A DNA stretch of 64,000 bases from an uncultured Enterobacteriaceae bacterium (GCA_964460065.1 CAYWPF010000147.1:711-64710), one strand, 5' to 3'. Positions 1-9,880 are shown, counted from the stretch's first letter. Notes: generated by a model not told the origin, from the sequence alone. Program-made: numbers and translations.

Positions 1-58
1 ACTCAAGTTCGAGGTCATCAATGAGGGCTAAGTTTGTAACGCGAAGGTAACGGAGCAT
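1..58 (-). CDS. Possible 5' end (19 codons) of a RecN/SMC-like ATPase gene that runs off the left window edge
   Basis: The reverse strand has an ATG at 58 and translates to MLRYLRVTNLALIDDLELE. This matches the typical RecN N-terminus pattern (ML..L.I.NFA.I..LE.EF). An AGGGA SD-like site sits about 8 nt upstream. Only 19 residues are visible. Confidence 0.35.
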   Translation of the reverse strand, partial: MLRYLRVTNLALIDDLELE

Positions 59-123
59 ACGTTTAATCCCTGTGAGAATATGCCGGACTTTCTTCGAACA
101 AACACAATTTGTCTCGGCCAAAG

Positions 124-2877
124 CTAACTCGTATTACGACGGGACATTTCTTCCAGACGGTCACTCAGGATTTTTGCAATGTTCAAAAATATACGGGCCC
201 CTATCCGCGGGTACCGCTTCTGCATCCTTGAAAGAAACCGTTCATTGACAACGATAGACTCAACATCGTCCACCGCCACAACGTCAGCCGTGCGAACATT
301 GTGCCGGATCAGAGCCATTTCCCCTATAACATCGCCCCGCTTCATTGTTCGTAACGATTTGGAGTCTGCGCCAACATGGATTTTCGCCTCCGCGCGGCCT
401 TCGATGAGCACGTACATCTCACGCCCTATCTCCCCCTGTCTGAACAAATGCTCTCCTTTGTGGAAGCTACGAAACTCTCCCATCAAAGTCACGATCTTGG
501 CCTGTAACGGCCGAAGCCCGTCGAACAAAGGAATCGTTTGCTGCGGGTCTTTGCCCAACTTAAGATATAGAAGCTCCCAAAGCGTAATTATCTTGGTTGT
601 TGCCAGCAACGCGGGTAACAACACGACGTCCGCCACAAATGCCACAGTGATAGTGATCGCCGATAATATACCGAAGTTCTGTATTGGTACGAAAGTTGAG
701 AAAGAAAGCACAAGAAACCCCAGGCATAGAATAATCGAGGCGAACAGGCTAGGTTTCCCCACGCTCTTAACGGTACGGACCAAGGCAGTCTCCTCGTCCA
801 CAGCTGACTTCACCTCGGCACTTAGCCTCGTCATTATGTGGACGGTGTTGTCCACCGCTATACCCAGAGCGATCGATGCGACAATGCTAGTGCCGAGATT
901 GAGCATCGCGCCGGTGGCACCGAGGAGCCCGAAGAAAAACACAATAGGGAAGACGTTAGGTATCATTGCGACAAGGCCCACGCGCAAGGACAAAAACATC
1001 GTTGCCATGATGACGAAAATTACTCCGGCGGCCAGAGACAGACTGCGAATCTGGCCTGCAATAATGTCGTCCGTCGTCGCTGTCATAAGTATCAAATTCC
1101 CGGTTGGTTTGACCTGCAGTTCCGGCGGCATTTTGTTGCTCGCATAAGCCACTATCTTGTCAACAAGTTCGGATATTTCTCTAGAGCCGGAAAGGCTCGT
1201 TCGTACCAATATATTCGAACGAGAAAAATCCGGATCGGCCACCGACATAAAGCTCGAAGGACTGCCAGCGACAATTTGCATTACAGCCCGCAGCTGCTCT
1301 GGATTCTCCCAAAACGTCGTAACTGGGGGATCCCTGGAGACCGATCCGTCACCGCCACCAATCACCTCAAACGTTGTCCGAGAACCTCGATCCAACATCT
1401 CGCAATAATCAACAAAAGACACTGTCTTATCAACGCCCGATAACGAGTCAATGTAGCGCTGGAGGTCTTTAATGCGTCGCAAAGTGTCCCACCGTTTCAT
1501 TGCGTCGCGATCGTCGGCGTCTACCATCACATAGAATGCCATGCTGCCAACAAGCCTATCACTTATCACTCTTTCAGCTTGCGTAATAGGATCGTCCGGC
1601 GGAAAAAAATTTCCGAGATCCGAATCGGCTCTAATGAAGAACGCCTGCCAAATAGACACCATGGCGATTATTAATGCGCCGCTCAAGATCCAAACGCGCC
1701 GCCGAATAGCAAGAAGGCAGAGAAATCCAAAGAGAGCAGAGATCCTGGGGGCAAATGGTCTTTTTTGTCCAGTGGGTGGACCAAACACCACAAAAAAGGT
1801 TGGAATGATGGTAACAGTCAGCAGGAAGGCTGTGAGAATCCCTATAGACGAATAGATTCCCATCTCTCGGATGCTTGTCAGAGAGTTGGTAGTTAAGGCT
1901 AAAAAACCTAGTATGGTGGTCAAAGAAGTAATCAAAATAGAGGGGCCCGTTCTTCGCAGCATCGCGAGGACCATCTCTCGATTAGTCTCCCCCCGTCTCG
2001 CTTCTTCGCAATAGTCCGCGATCATATGCAGGGAATAAGCCGTTCCTAGAACGAGTATGAGAGGGGGGAGCGCGATGGTGCCAAGGCCAATGTTACGGCC
2101 GCACAGGACCATAAGACAAAGTGTCCACACGAGACTAGCGAGAATTGTCAGTGTCGCGATCAACGTACAGACAACTGACCGGAAACAAAAAAACAAGACC
2201 GCAACTATTACGAGCAGTACAAGTGGCACGAAGCGATGCAGATCCCTTTCGATAGCATGCGCCACATACGCCTTAAAGTGAGGCAACCCAGCAAAGTAGA
2301 GACCTGGCCCCGCCGGGGTCCTCTCCCTGTCCAGGATGTGTTGAATCTTCTCGTCAAGTCTTAGCACCAGAAATTCTTGTTCACTTATATCGTCAAAGAA
2401 AATATTGATCGCGGCGGCGGTGCCATCCAACGACACCAGGTTCTTCACGTAAATGGGACGGTCCAGGACGATATCCCGCAGACGAGCCATCCCACTGCGG
2501 GTGACCGGAATTTCCGCCATCAAAAGTGGTGGATCAACTGCATCGGTTACGGGGTCAATGGCATTTGCTAGGCTCAAGACCCGTTCCACGCCTTCAACTT
2601 TCTCTATGGCCAATGTCAACCGTCGGATCAGAGAAAGGGTTGTTTCTGTATAGATGTCATCCGCCACGACCCCAACCACCGCAACTTCATCGCTTCCAAA
2701 CAGGTCGCGAACCCCGTCGTAGTAACGTCGAGCCGGCTCGTTACGCCCCAGTAGGCCGTCTATAGAGCTATCGAAGCGGATATCCTTCGCGAACAATGTC
2801 GCAATGCAAGTCAAACCGAGGAGTATTGAAAGGAGCGTCTTCGGCCAGCCGACAACCAGCAGATAGAACCGTTCCAT
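124..2877 (-). CDS. RND-superfamily (MMPL/COG1033, HpnN-like) exporter fused to a C-terminal cyclic-nucleotide-binding domain
   Basis: The ORF is 942 aa, about 917 aa if it starts at M26 (MERFYLLVVGWPKTLL). It has two blocks of multiple TM helices separated by soluble loops, as expected for MMPL proteins. The C-terminal 130 aa carry a CAP/cNMP fold with the phosphate-binding cassette GEMALIRHNVRTADVVA. The start could be 2952 or 2877. Confidence 0.8.
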   Translation of the reverse strand: MERFYLLVVGWPKTLLSILLGLTCIATLFAKDIRFDSSIDGLLGRNEPARRYYDGVRDLFGSDEVAVVGVVADDIYTETTLSLIRRLTLAIEKVEGVERVLSLANAIDPVTDAVDPPLLMAEIPVTRSGMARLRDIVLDRPIYVKNLVSLDGTAAAINIFFDDISEQEFLVLRLDEKIQHILDRERTPAGPGLYFAGLPHFKAYVAHAIERDLHRFVPLVLLVIVAVLFFCFRSVVCTLIATLTILASLVWTLCLMVLCGRNIGLGTIALPPLILVLGTAYSLHMIADYCEEARRGETNREMVLAMLRRTGPSILITSLTTILGFLALTTNSLTSIREMGIYSSIGILTAFLLTVTIIPTFFVVFGPPTGQKRPFAPRISALFGFLCLLAIRRRVWILSGALIIAMVSIWQAFFIRADSDLGNFFPPDDPITQAERVISDRLVGSMAFYVMVDADDRDAMKRWDTLRRIKDLQRYIDSLSGVDKTVSFVDYCEMLDRGSRTTFEVIGGGDGSVSRDPPVTTFWENPEQLRAVMQIVAGSPSSFMSVADPDFSRSNILVRTSLSGSREISELVDKIVAYASNKMPPELQVKPTGNLILMTATTDDIIAGQIRSLSLAAGVIFVIMATMFLSLRVGLVAMIPNVFPIVFFFGLLGATGAMLNLGTSIVASIALGIAVDNTVHIMTRLSAEVKSAVDEETALVRTVKSVGKPSLFASIILCLGFLVLSFSTFVPIQNFGILSAITITVAFVADVVLLPALLATTKIITLWELLYLKLGKDPQQTIPLFDGLRPLQAKIVTLMGEFRSFHKGEHLFRQGEIGREMYVLIEGRAEAKIHVGADSKSLRTMKRGDVIGEMALIRHNVRTADVVAVDDVESIVVNERFLSRMQKRYPRIGARIFLNIAKILSDRLEEMSRRNTS

Positions 2878-3106
2878 AATTATGGCCCCTATATACGAAT
2901 CCACCGCAAAGGGCGATAGGTATGCTTCACCGTACCCCACGCTCACCGACACTTCGGTGTAAACACTCTTTATATTTTTTCGATGCGAGCAGCATTTATC
3001 ACTATCTCGGTCTAGATACGCATGCTAAGGTAAAAAAACCTTGAACAGGCAAGGGCAGCCTACGGGCAGCCACGTTACATCGTTGTAGTAAAGGCGAACT
3101 GTTTAG

Positions 3107-4009
3107 GTGCTACCCTCACTTTTCACCTCGAAGTACTTGGCCCGCCTCGAAACCTTAACCTTACGTACTAAGCGTAAATTTCATGGTTCGCGGACCGGAT
3201 CGCACCTTTCTCTCCGACGGGGGCCGGGACTGGAGTTTGCGGATTATCAACGTTACACCCCGGGCGACGACTTACGATCTATAGATTGGAATTTGTATAG
3301 CCGGACCGATCGTCTGTACGTCAAACAGTACCAAGAGGAGCAGGAACTTTTTACCTCTCTATTCCTAGATAACAGCGCCTCGATGCAATATCCAATCGAT
3401 AATAACAAGTACGAATCCGGGCGCGACATAGCATTGTCCGTCGGATACATTGTACTGGCCAGCAATGACGCTTTTCGCTTATCCCTGCTCGCCCGCGAAT
3501 CGTCCAAGCCTACTTACTCGAGTACTCCTTTCTACAGAGGTCGCCAACGGCTGCAGAATCTCGCTCGGCAGCTCGAGAACTCTCGTCCCGGTGGCCAATG
3601 CAATATTTTGCAATCCTTGGCCTACCAACTACAAAATTATCGCCGGCCCGGAAAAGCCGTCTGGGTGTCCGACTTCTTATTTTCGTTAACAGAATTCCGA
3701 GCTGGTCTAACCTTACTACAGAGTGCTAGTTACGAAGTTGCAGTCGTGCAAGTTCTCGGTCACGACGAGTTGGACCCGCCCTTGAGACCAGAAGGAGTAC
3801 AGTTGACTGATAGCGAAAGTCAAGAACACGCCAATATCCACTTCGACGATCGAGCAAAAGATACCTATCTCCAGCACCTGAATAAACATAATCGTGAGAT
3901 AGAAAGTTCTTGCCACCGTCTTGGCGCACGTTACGCTCAGTTCAACACCATTGAAACTGTTCCTTATTTCATCCTACGGAAGCTCCCCGAGTTGGGGCTA
4001 TTGCATTAA
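3107..4009 (+). CDS. DUF58 family protein (MoxR-associated, vWA-like)
   Basis: It carries the hallmark stretch LEFADYQRYTPGDDLRSIDWNLYSRTDRLYVKQYQEEQE and a MIDAS-like LFLDNSASM. The start is GTG. Confidence 0.85.
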   Translation: MLPSLFTSKYLARLETLTLRTKRKFHGSRTGSHLSLRRGPGLEFADYQRYTPGDDLRSIDWNLYSRTDRLYVKQYQEEQELFTSLFLDNSASMQYPIDNNKYESGRDIALSVGYIVLASNDAFRLSLLARESSKPTYSSTPFYRGRQRLQNLARQLENSRPGGQCNILQSLAYQLQNYRRPGKAVWVSDFLFSLTEFRAGLTLLQSASYEVAVVQVLGHDELDPPLRPEGVQLTDSESQEHANIHFDDRAKDTYLQHLNKHNREIESSCHRLGARYAQFNTIETVPYFILRKLPELGLLH

Positions 4010-4023
4010 CGATCATAGTAGAA

Positions 4024-5967
4024 ATGGACATACACTTCCTTTACCCGTCGGCGGCCTATTACCTACTCGGTTTACCTCTGCTCTTACTGCCCTATTTGCT
4101 TTTTAAGCGACATAAAGCCGTGGTCGTCCCGGCGCTATTTTTGTACAAAAACATACAGACGAAGGCACGTCGCCGATTCTTCGACCGACTCCGCTTGCCC
4201 CCGGTGTTTCTGCTTCAACTGCTGATACTTCTTGTCTTGACATTCATCGCGGGCCAACCAGTTTATTTGCCACAGAAGTCACATTGGACCGCCATCGTCA
4301 TAGACAACTCCGCTAGTATGCAGGGGCTACAGGTTGGTAGCGCCAAATCCTCTTTTCAACTCGCAAAGAAAGAAGCCTCGTTAAGGATAGCGCAGTTGCC
4401 CCGTGGAGGTAAGGTAAACATTTTTACGACTAACACCCTGGAAAATCATTCGGGTCCCCTATTAGAAACAAAAGTCATAGGCCTCAGCCCCAGCGAGTCC
4501 GAGGAACACCTTCGCACCGTTCAAGTCAGTGACGCGCCAGACCCGAACGACGCTACGCTTTCTGAATTCTTCGTTCGCCTAGTGGCAAGAGGATTTTCGG
4601 AGGTAGTTTTCTTTACTGATCGCAAATTATCTACGGCAGAATTCGATCCTTTGAATTCCAGAACCCAATTCGTAACAGTCGGCAGTAACTTCAAAAACGT
4701 GGCGATCCATAGATTTGATCTATACCGAAGTCCATTCTTTCCCGATACGATCATGGCATCTGTCGAAACACAACGTGGTCCCGGCGCTGGGCTAAAAGAA
4801 CATGGAATCCAAGGAGTCATGGTCGAAAATGCTGAGACGGGCGCAAGATTGGCATTTGAGAATTCTAGTCAACCACACCAGGAGTCATTCATTTTTCGCG
4901 ATCTAGAATTTGCGAATTCCTACAAAGCGACCATTATTTTCAGCGGCGAAGAAGGCGTACATCTTGACGGTTTACACCTGGACAACAGCGCCTACGCTGC
5001 ACTACCAGATCTAAAGCAGGTACGGCTACTACTCGTGTCCAGCGACGCCAATGTCGGTACTAGTCTCGCAGACCTCCCCAACGTGAACGTAACTACGATA
5101 GCCCCAGAAACTTACGATCCATCTGATCCTGACTATATTTCTCAGTTCCTTTGCATACTTTTCCACCGCAGCACGCCTAATGTAATGCCGTCACTGCCAG
5201 CGGCCTTCTTGCTTCCACCCGAAGGAAATCGACTTTTTGAGTTAGGTGCCTCCGGGGAAACTCCGGCTGTAACGGATTGGACCGATGGCCACAGCATCAC
5301 GGCATATTTAGATTTGTCCTTGCTCTCACCAAAGTTTGCACAGTCGGTTCTTCCGAGATTCGACCTAACCCCCACTATAAGCAGCACACTTGGGCCATTG
5401 GTACTAGCGGGCCGCCACGGTGGCAACCGTTACGCCGTTACTGGCTTCGACGTTCTGCCCTACCTCGGCGCCAGCAATCTGCCAACTTCGATTCTGACGT
5501 TGAACATCCTTGCCTGGCTAACTCAGGATTCCGTCCAGTCCGAACAATACCCGACTGGTACTGTGCTCGTACAACCGGCAACAACTATGCCCAATATGGG
5601 CGCTTTGTTTCGACACACCGGGCGGGGCGGGGCAGATCACGAAAGTAGCTTTGATACCGAAGGGTATGAAGTACTACGGAACCACCAGGGCGAACTGCTA
5701 CTGAGCTACGGGGGTATATACACACTGCGAGATGACGGTGGAGAGCGGCGAATAGCCGCGAATCTTGTAGACAAAGACGAACAAGTCTGGGGCAAGCCGT
5801 TCCGACTCCGACACAGTTTTGTAGACACCACGAACCAGGAGTCCACTATTCACGGCCAAGCAACAAGAGACCGACCATACAACTCACCGTGGGCGTGGTT
5901 AATATTTTTTTCAATGATAGCCTGGTTACTGGAAGGCACTTGGCGCCCGCGATACGATAACCGTTAA
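4024..5967 (+). CDS. BatA-like membrane protein with an aerotolerance-regulator N-terminal domain and a vWA-like MIDAS motif
   Basis: The N-terminus FLYPSAAYYLLGLPLLLLPYLLFKR is followed by a second TM helix. The motif AIVIDNSASM (DxSxS) lies near nt 4303. There is a C-terminal TM helix. The gene starts 14 nt after the DUF58 gene. Confidence 0.7.
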   Translation: MDIHFLYPSAAYYLLGLPLLLLPYLLFKRHKAVVVPALFLYKNIQTKARRRFFDRLRLPPVFLLQLLILLVLTFIAGQPVYLPQKSHWTAIVIDNSASMQGLQVGSAKSSFQLAKKEASLRIAQLPRGGKVNIFTTNTLENHSGPLLETKVIGLSPSESEEHLRTVQVSDAPDPNDATLSEFFVRLVARGFSEVVFFTDRKLSTAEFDPLNSRTQFVTVGSNFKNVAIHRFDLYRSPFFPDTIMASVETQRGPGAGLKEHGIQGVMVENAETGARLAFENSSQPHQESFIFRDLEFANSYKATIIFSGEEGVHLDGLHLDNSAYAALPDLKQVRLLLVSSDANVGTSLADLPNVNVTTIAPETYDPSDPDYISQFLCILFHRSTPNVMPSLPAAFLLPPEGNRLFELGASGETPAVTDWTDGHSITAYLDLSLLSPKFAQSVLPRFDLTPTISSTLGPLVLAGRHGGNRYAVTGFDVLPYLGASNLPTSILTLNILAWLTQDSVQSEQYPTGTVLVQPATTMPNMGALFRHTGRGGADHESSFDTEGYEVLRNHQGELLLSYGGIYTLRDDGGERRIAANLVDKDEQVWGKPFRLRHSFVDTTNQESTIHGQATRDRPYNSPWAWLIFFSMIAWLLEGTWRPRYDNR

Positions 5968-5992
5968 GAACTCACCTCCGTTTAAAACGTGA

Positions 5993-8617
5993 TTGCCCAT
6001 GAACGACTTTCTAGCTTTAGGCAATGACCGCAATCCATTTCATTTCGATAACCCATGGTTACTATCGCTCGTTATTTTTATTCCACTTATCCTCCTATTC
6101 GAACGGAGCTATCTCGGTAGCACAAACCCCTGGTATCGCCTCATTTTACGAGGTGTATTCCTTGCACTACTAATAATCGCGGTCGCGGGACCCTACCGCG
6201 TCGGCGAACCCATGCCAGCCAAACCATTCGTAATAGTGGACGCCTCGAAAAGTCTTACCGAGGTACAGAAAGCATGGATAGTTACCACAATTAGTGACAC
6301 AATTCGTATTGCCAACGACGAATCGGCCATAGCCTTTGCGGGTACTGCGCACGAGACGACCTGGGACTCGATCGCTTCCTCTCTTCATCCGCCGCCGGGC
6401 GGCTTAGAACCGGAGAAAACTAACATTGAGAACGTACTACAGATACTACTTCGCGATAACAAGCCAAGGTCGGTGATTTTGTTTACGGACGGGTGGGAAA
6501 ATGAAGGAAATGCGGCGCAATTGGTTACGCAACTACGCGAAAAGGGAATTCGCATTTATCCTGTCACTCCGCCGTCGGCATCAACGCCACCACAGATAAG
6601 GATAGATCGTCTCGACGCGCCAGCAGAAGCGATTCAACACGATCCGCTTGAAGTCGCCGTAGCACTACACAACCCTCGTCGCAGCCCAGTAGTTGGCGAA
6701 CTTTCTGTCCACGGAAATGAGGAGCTAGTATATCAAGAAAATGTGACACTCCCTCCAGGACCATCGTTGCACAGGATCCCAGTTCATTTGTCTCAAATTG
6801 GCTTGATTCCAGTACACGTCACTTTCGCGGAGGATAAGGAAAAGATCATGCCGGTCGTTCGAAAAACGGAGGCCACCGCTTGGGTCGGAATTAGCCGCAA
6901 GACAAACGTTCTTATACTAAGTGGCCGAAAACGGGACAATCGCTATCTCGAAACCGCGTTGAAAAATAACGGTCTGACGGTACACACCCAAACCTTAGCG
7001 GACCGGAGCGCTCCTTCGCCAGCTTGGGACACACACGATTCTATAATCGTCAACAACATCAATCACGAGGATCTGCCTATTTCTCTGCGTGAAGGACTAG
7101 AAGGATACGTCCGGCAAGGCGGAGGCTTTGTGATGATCGGAGGAGAAAAAAGTTTTGGATTGGGAGGTTACAAGGGCACCTCTATAGAAACAGTACTTCC
7201 CGTTAATGCATTGCCCCCGCGAAAGGAAATAAAACGTGCGGCCGTGATTCTTATAATCGATAAGTCAGGAAGTATGCGCAAACGTCGAAAACTAGCATAT
7301 GCTATCTCTGGCGCACTCAAGGTTTCCGACAATCTTCAGGATTCTGATTTGTTCGGGGTGATCGGATTCGATAAGACACCCTTCATAGTAGTACCTTTAG
7401 ACTACGTTGGAAAAAATCGCTCACGCTTGGCTGCAAACCTGCAACGGCTAAAGCCGGGCGGTGGCACCCATCTCTTGCCGGCGCTGCAGGAGGCTGCATC
7501 GCAATTAGATAGTAGAAACGCTAGTGATAAGCATATTATTGTACTTACCGACGGAGAAACCGGTGGTACTGGTAGCGATTACCTCGAACTTGCTTCGTCG
7601 CTTAGGAAAGAATCCAAAGTGGCGATCTCGACGATTGCCGTCGGTCAGCAGCCGAACTTACGCTTGTTATCGCGTTTGGCAAACTACGGCGGCGGAGCGT
7701 TCCACCACACTTCCGATCCCTCAAATCTACCGAACGTTTTTCTAGATACAATGCGACAACCACCGAAGGAAAATACAATGGTCGAGGGTCACCTACCCAC
7801 AATTTCTCATGCCCCATCGGTGCTACTCGAGGGGTTGGCCTCCGAGACTTGGCCATCAGTAAAAGGTTACGTACAAACGACGCTCAAGAGCGAAGCCGAC
7901 GCCGATTTATTAGTAATAGATCAGGCGGTCCGACAACCCCTGCTTGCCTCTTGGACATTTGGCGCAGGTAAGACGGTGGCGTTCACCTCAGACGCGAATG
8001 GCCGATGGTCTGCCCCATGGATCGCCTCAACCCAATATAGTACATTCTGGGCACACGTCATCCGTTGGACCACCCAATCCTCGGGCAAACAAAATAGAGC
8101 TGACGGGACCCTCGGAGAATATTCGGTCAACGTAGGGAATGACGCTCAAGGACTCGTAGTCGAAGTATATTTCTTTGGACAGCAAGCACATTACAATTCT
8201 ACCGGAGTTACGACTGCAACTATCATCAGTCCAGAAAAGAGCAAGCGGGTCGTGACATTGAAGAATATCGCTCCTGGCTATTTTAAACATTCCATACCCA
8301 TGGAAGAACCGGGCGATTACACTGTGACCATTACGCTTCCGACCGGCGATACGGTAGGACCTTTCGGCCACACGATTGCCTCTCACGACGGGCTCGAGGC
8401 TCAACGACCCGAGCCAAACCTACGTCTTCTGACCACTCTCGCCCGTGAAACCGACGGCTCAATAAACCCGACAAGAAAAGACATCGTACTCGCCGAGACG
8501 CAAACGAGTCCCAGATCTATGCTCCCATTCGTGCTTCTCGCTGCCATGGTATCGTACTTGCTGGAAATAGCAGTCGTCCGTGCCCTCGCCAGTTCAGACA
8601 GTCTTGCTCGAAACTGA
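5993..8617 (+). CDS. Large membrane-anchored protein with two vWA domains and a central GATase1/ThuA-like segment (BatB/BatD-like)
   Basis: The N-terminus FDNPWLLSLVIFIPLILLFER is BatA_N-like. MIDAS motifs are FVIVDASKS (about nt 6239) and LIIDKSGSM (about nt 7259), the latter followed by PGGGTHLLPALQEA. There is a C-terminal TM helix. The start could be TTG 5993 or ATG 5999. Confidence 0.75.
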   Translation: MPMNDFLALGNDRNPFHFDNPWLLSLVIFIPLILLFERSYLGSTNPWYRLILRGVFLALLIIAVAGPYRVGEPMPAKPFVIVDASKSLTEVQKAWIVTTISDTIRIANDESAIAFAGTAHETTWDSIASSLHPPPGGLEPEKTNIENVLQILLRDNKPRSVILFTDGWENEGNAAQLVTQLREKGIRIYPVTPPSASTPPQIRIDRLDAPAEAIQHDPLEVAVALHNPRRSPVVGELSVHGNEELVYQENVTLPPGPSLHRIPVHLSQIGLIPVHVTFAEDKEKIMPVVRKTEATAWVGISRKTNVLILSGRKRDNRYLETALKNNGLTVHTQTLADRSAPSPAWDTHDSIIVNNINHEDLPISLREGLEGYVRQGGGFVMIGGEKSFGLGGYKGTSIETVLPVNALPPRKEIKRAAVILIIDKSGSMRKRRKLAYAISGALKVSDNLQDSDLFGVIGFDKTPFIVVPLDYVGKNRSRLAANLQRLKPGGGTHLLPALQEAASQLDSRNASDKHIIVLTDGETGGTGSDYLELASSLRKESKVAISTIAVGQQPNLRLLSRLANYGGGAFHHTSDPSNLPNVFLDTMRQPPKENTMVEGHLPTISHAPSVLLEGLASETWPSVKGYVQTTLKSEADADLLVIDQAVRQPLLASWTFGAGKTVAFTSDANGRWSAPWIASTQYSTFWAHVIRWTTQSSGKQNRADGTLGEYSVNVGNDAQGLVVEVYFFGQQAHYNSTGVTTATIISPEKSKRVVTLKNIAPGYFKHSIPMEEPGDYTVTITLPTGDTVGPFGHTIASHDGLEAQRPEPNLRLLTTLARETDGSINPTRKDIVLAETQTSPRSMLPFVLLAAMVSYLLEIAVVRALASSDSLARN

Positions 8618-8683
8618 CATCACTGCTATGGCGACCACAAAGCGTAGACAACGCCGCACATAGCGGCAGGGAAAAACTAATCC

Positions 8684-9298
8684 ATGGCAAATCTCGCTTT
8701 GCTCCGGCACGGTCAGTCACAGTGGAATTTAGAAAATCGTTTTACCGGTTGGACTGACGTTCCTCTGACCGAAAAGGGAAGAGCGGAAGCAAAAGAGGCC
8801 GGCGTCAAGATGAAGATAGCAGGCCTTCACTTCGACCTGGCGTTCACATCAATCCTTCAGCGCGCCGGCGACACGTTAGAGTTGGCGCTAGAGGAAATGG
8901 ACCAACTTGGTCTGCGAATAGAAAGAGACCAAGCCCTAAACGAACGCCACTATGGTGACTTGCAGGGGTTGAACAAAGCAGATACGGCAAAAAAATTTGG
9001 CGATGAACAAGTGAAAGTCTGGCGGCGAAGTTACGACATCGCGCCCCCGGGGGGCGAAAGCTTAGAAAACACCGCGCAGAGAACCCTTCCCTATTTAAAA
9101 CAAACGATCCTAACGCAAGTCCTAGCGGGACATCACGTCCTCGTAGCGGCTCACGGAAACAGCCTGCGCTCAATCATTATGCACTTGGACGCGCTCGATC
9201 CAACCGAGATCGTCAATCTCGAAATTGGAACGGGCGTTCCCATGATTTACGATATAGACAACCAGGGCGATGTAATATCGAAGACGACCCTAGAGTAG
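8684..9298 (+). CDS. gpmA: 2,3-bisphosphoglycerate-dependent phosphoglycerate mutase (short form)
   Basis: It has LLRHGQSQWNLENRFTGWTDVPLTEKG with the RHG catalytic motif, and a second His motif AAHGNSLR. Confidence 0.85.
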   Translation: MANLALLRHGQSQWNLENRFTGWTDVPLTEKGRAEAKEAGVKMKIAGLHFDLAFTSILQRAGDTLELALEEMDQLGLRIERDQALNERHYGDLQGLNKADTAKKFGDEQVKVWRRSYDIAPPGGESLENTAQRTLPYLKQTILTQVLAGHHVLVAAHGNSLRSIIMHLDALDPTEIVNLEIGTGVPMIYDIDNQGDVISKTTLE

Positions 9299-9337
9299 TC
9301 CGCCTTAAAGAACTTGTACCAGGTGTGCCACTTCGTC

Positions 9338-9817
9338 CTACACCTTCTCAAGCGATCGGTATTTCCCCTGGAAGAAAAGTAAGGGATCTGCACCGACGGT
9401 GGCAAAATTATCTATTGCTCCGACATAAATGGTGTGGTCTCCTCCATCGTATGCATGCGCAACCGTACACTCAAAATGAGCCAAAGCACCATCCAAAAGC
9501 GCGACTCCAAATTTCCCAAGGCTAAACGACAATCCTTCAAACTTCTCGATGCCTTTAGTAGCAAAACGCGTCGAAACTTCTTCTTGGGTAGAACTTAAAA
9601 AGTTAACACCAAAAACCTTAGACTCCTCAAAACAATCGTAACAGTCAACACCCTTGTCGACACAGATCAAAAGCATAGGGGGATCAAGTGACAACGAGCT
9701 GAACGCGTTCGCGGTCAAGCCGAAGTGCTTTCCGGTGGCGTCCTTCGTTGTAATAACGGTGACCCCGGTTGCGAAAAGTCCCATAGCATTTCTTAGTTCT
9801 CTTCCATCAATCGGCAT
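9338..9817 (-). CDS. Flavin reductase-like (FMN-binding split-barrel) protein
   Basis: The sequence FATGVTVITTKD..GLTANAFSSLSLDPPMLLICV is typical of HpaC/RutF-type NAD(P)H:flavin oxidoreductases. A GGAGAGG SD site precedes the ATG. Confidence 0.8.
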   Translation of the reverse strand: MPIDGRELRNAMGLFATGVTVITTKDATGKHFGLTANAFSSLSLDPPMLLICVDKGVDCYDCFEESKVFGVNFLSSTQEEVSTRFATKGIEKFEGLSFSLGKFGVALLDGALAHFECTVAHAYDGGDHTIYVGAIDNFATVGADPLLFFQGKYRSLEKV

Positions 9818-9846
9818 AATGCCTCTCCGGTACTCAAATTTTCCTG

Positions 9847-9880
9847 TTGACAGCTAACAGAGCTGACAGCGTACTGTCAA
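9847..9880. promoter_or_regulatory. TGACAG repeat cluster (two direct copies plus one inverted copy) upstream of the flavin reductase gene
   Basis: The copies are ttgacag (9847-9853), ctgacag (9863-9869) and ctgtcaa (9874-9880). The outer pair forms a 7-bp inverted repeat. On the minus strand it overlaps a TTGACA -35-like hexamer. Confidence 0.25.

Noticed and set aside
179-1147. A 322-aa plus-strand ORF antisense to the RND exporter. Similar long antisense ORFs lie at 27694-28356 (opposite ftsZ), 31229-32161 (opposite murB), 45224-46177 (opposite serA) and 56020-56625 (opposite PhyH).
   Set aside because: Each lies entirely inside a gene with strong family motifs on the other strand. Each has Ser/Arg/Pro/Thr-rich, low-information composition and no SD-supported start. 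They are typical shadow ORFs.
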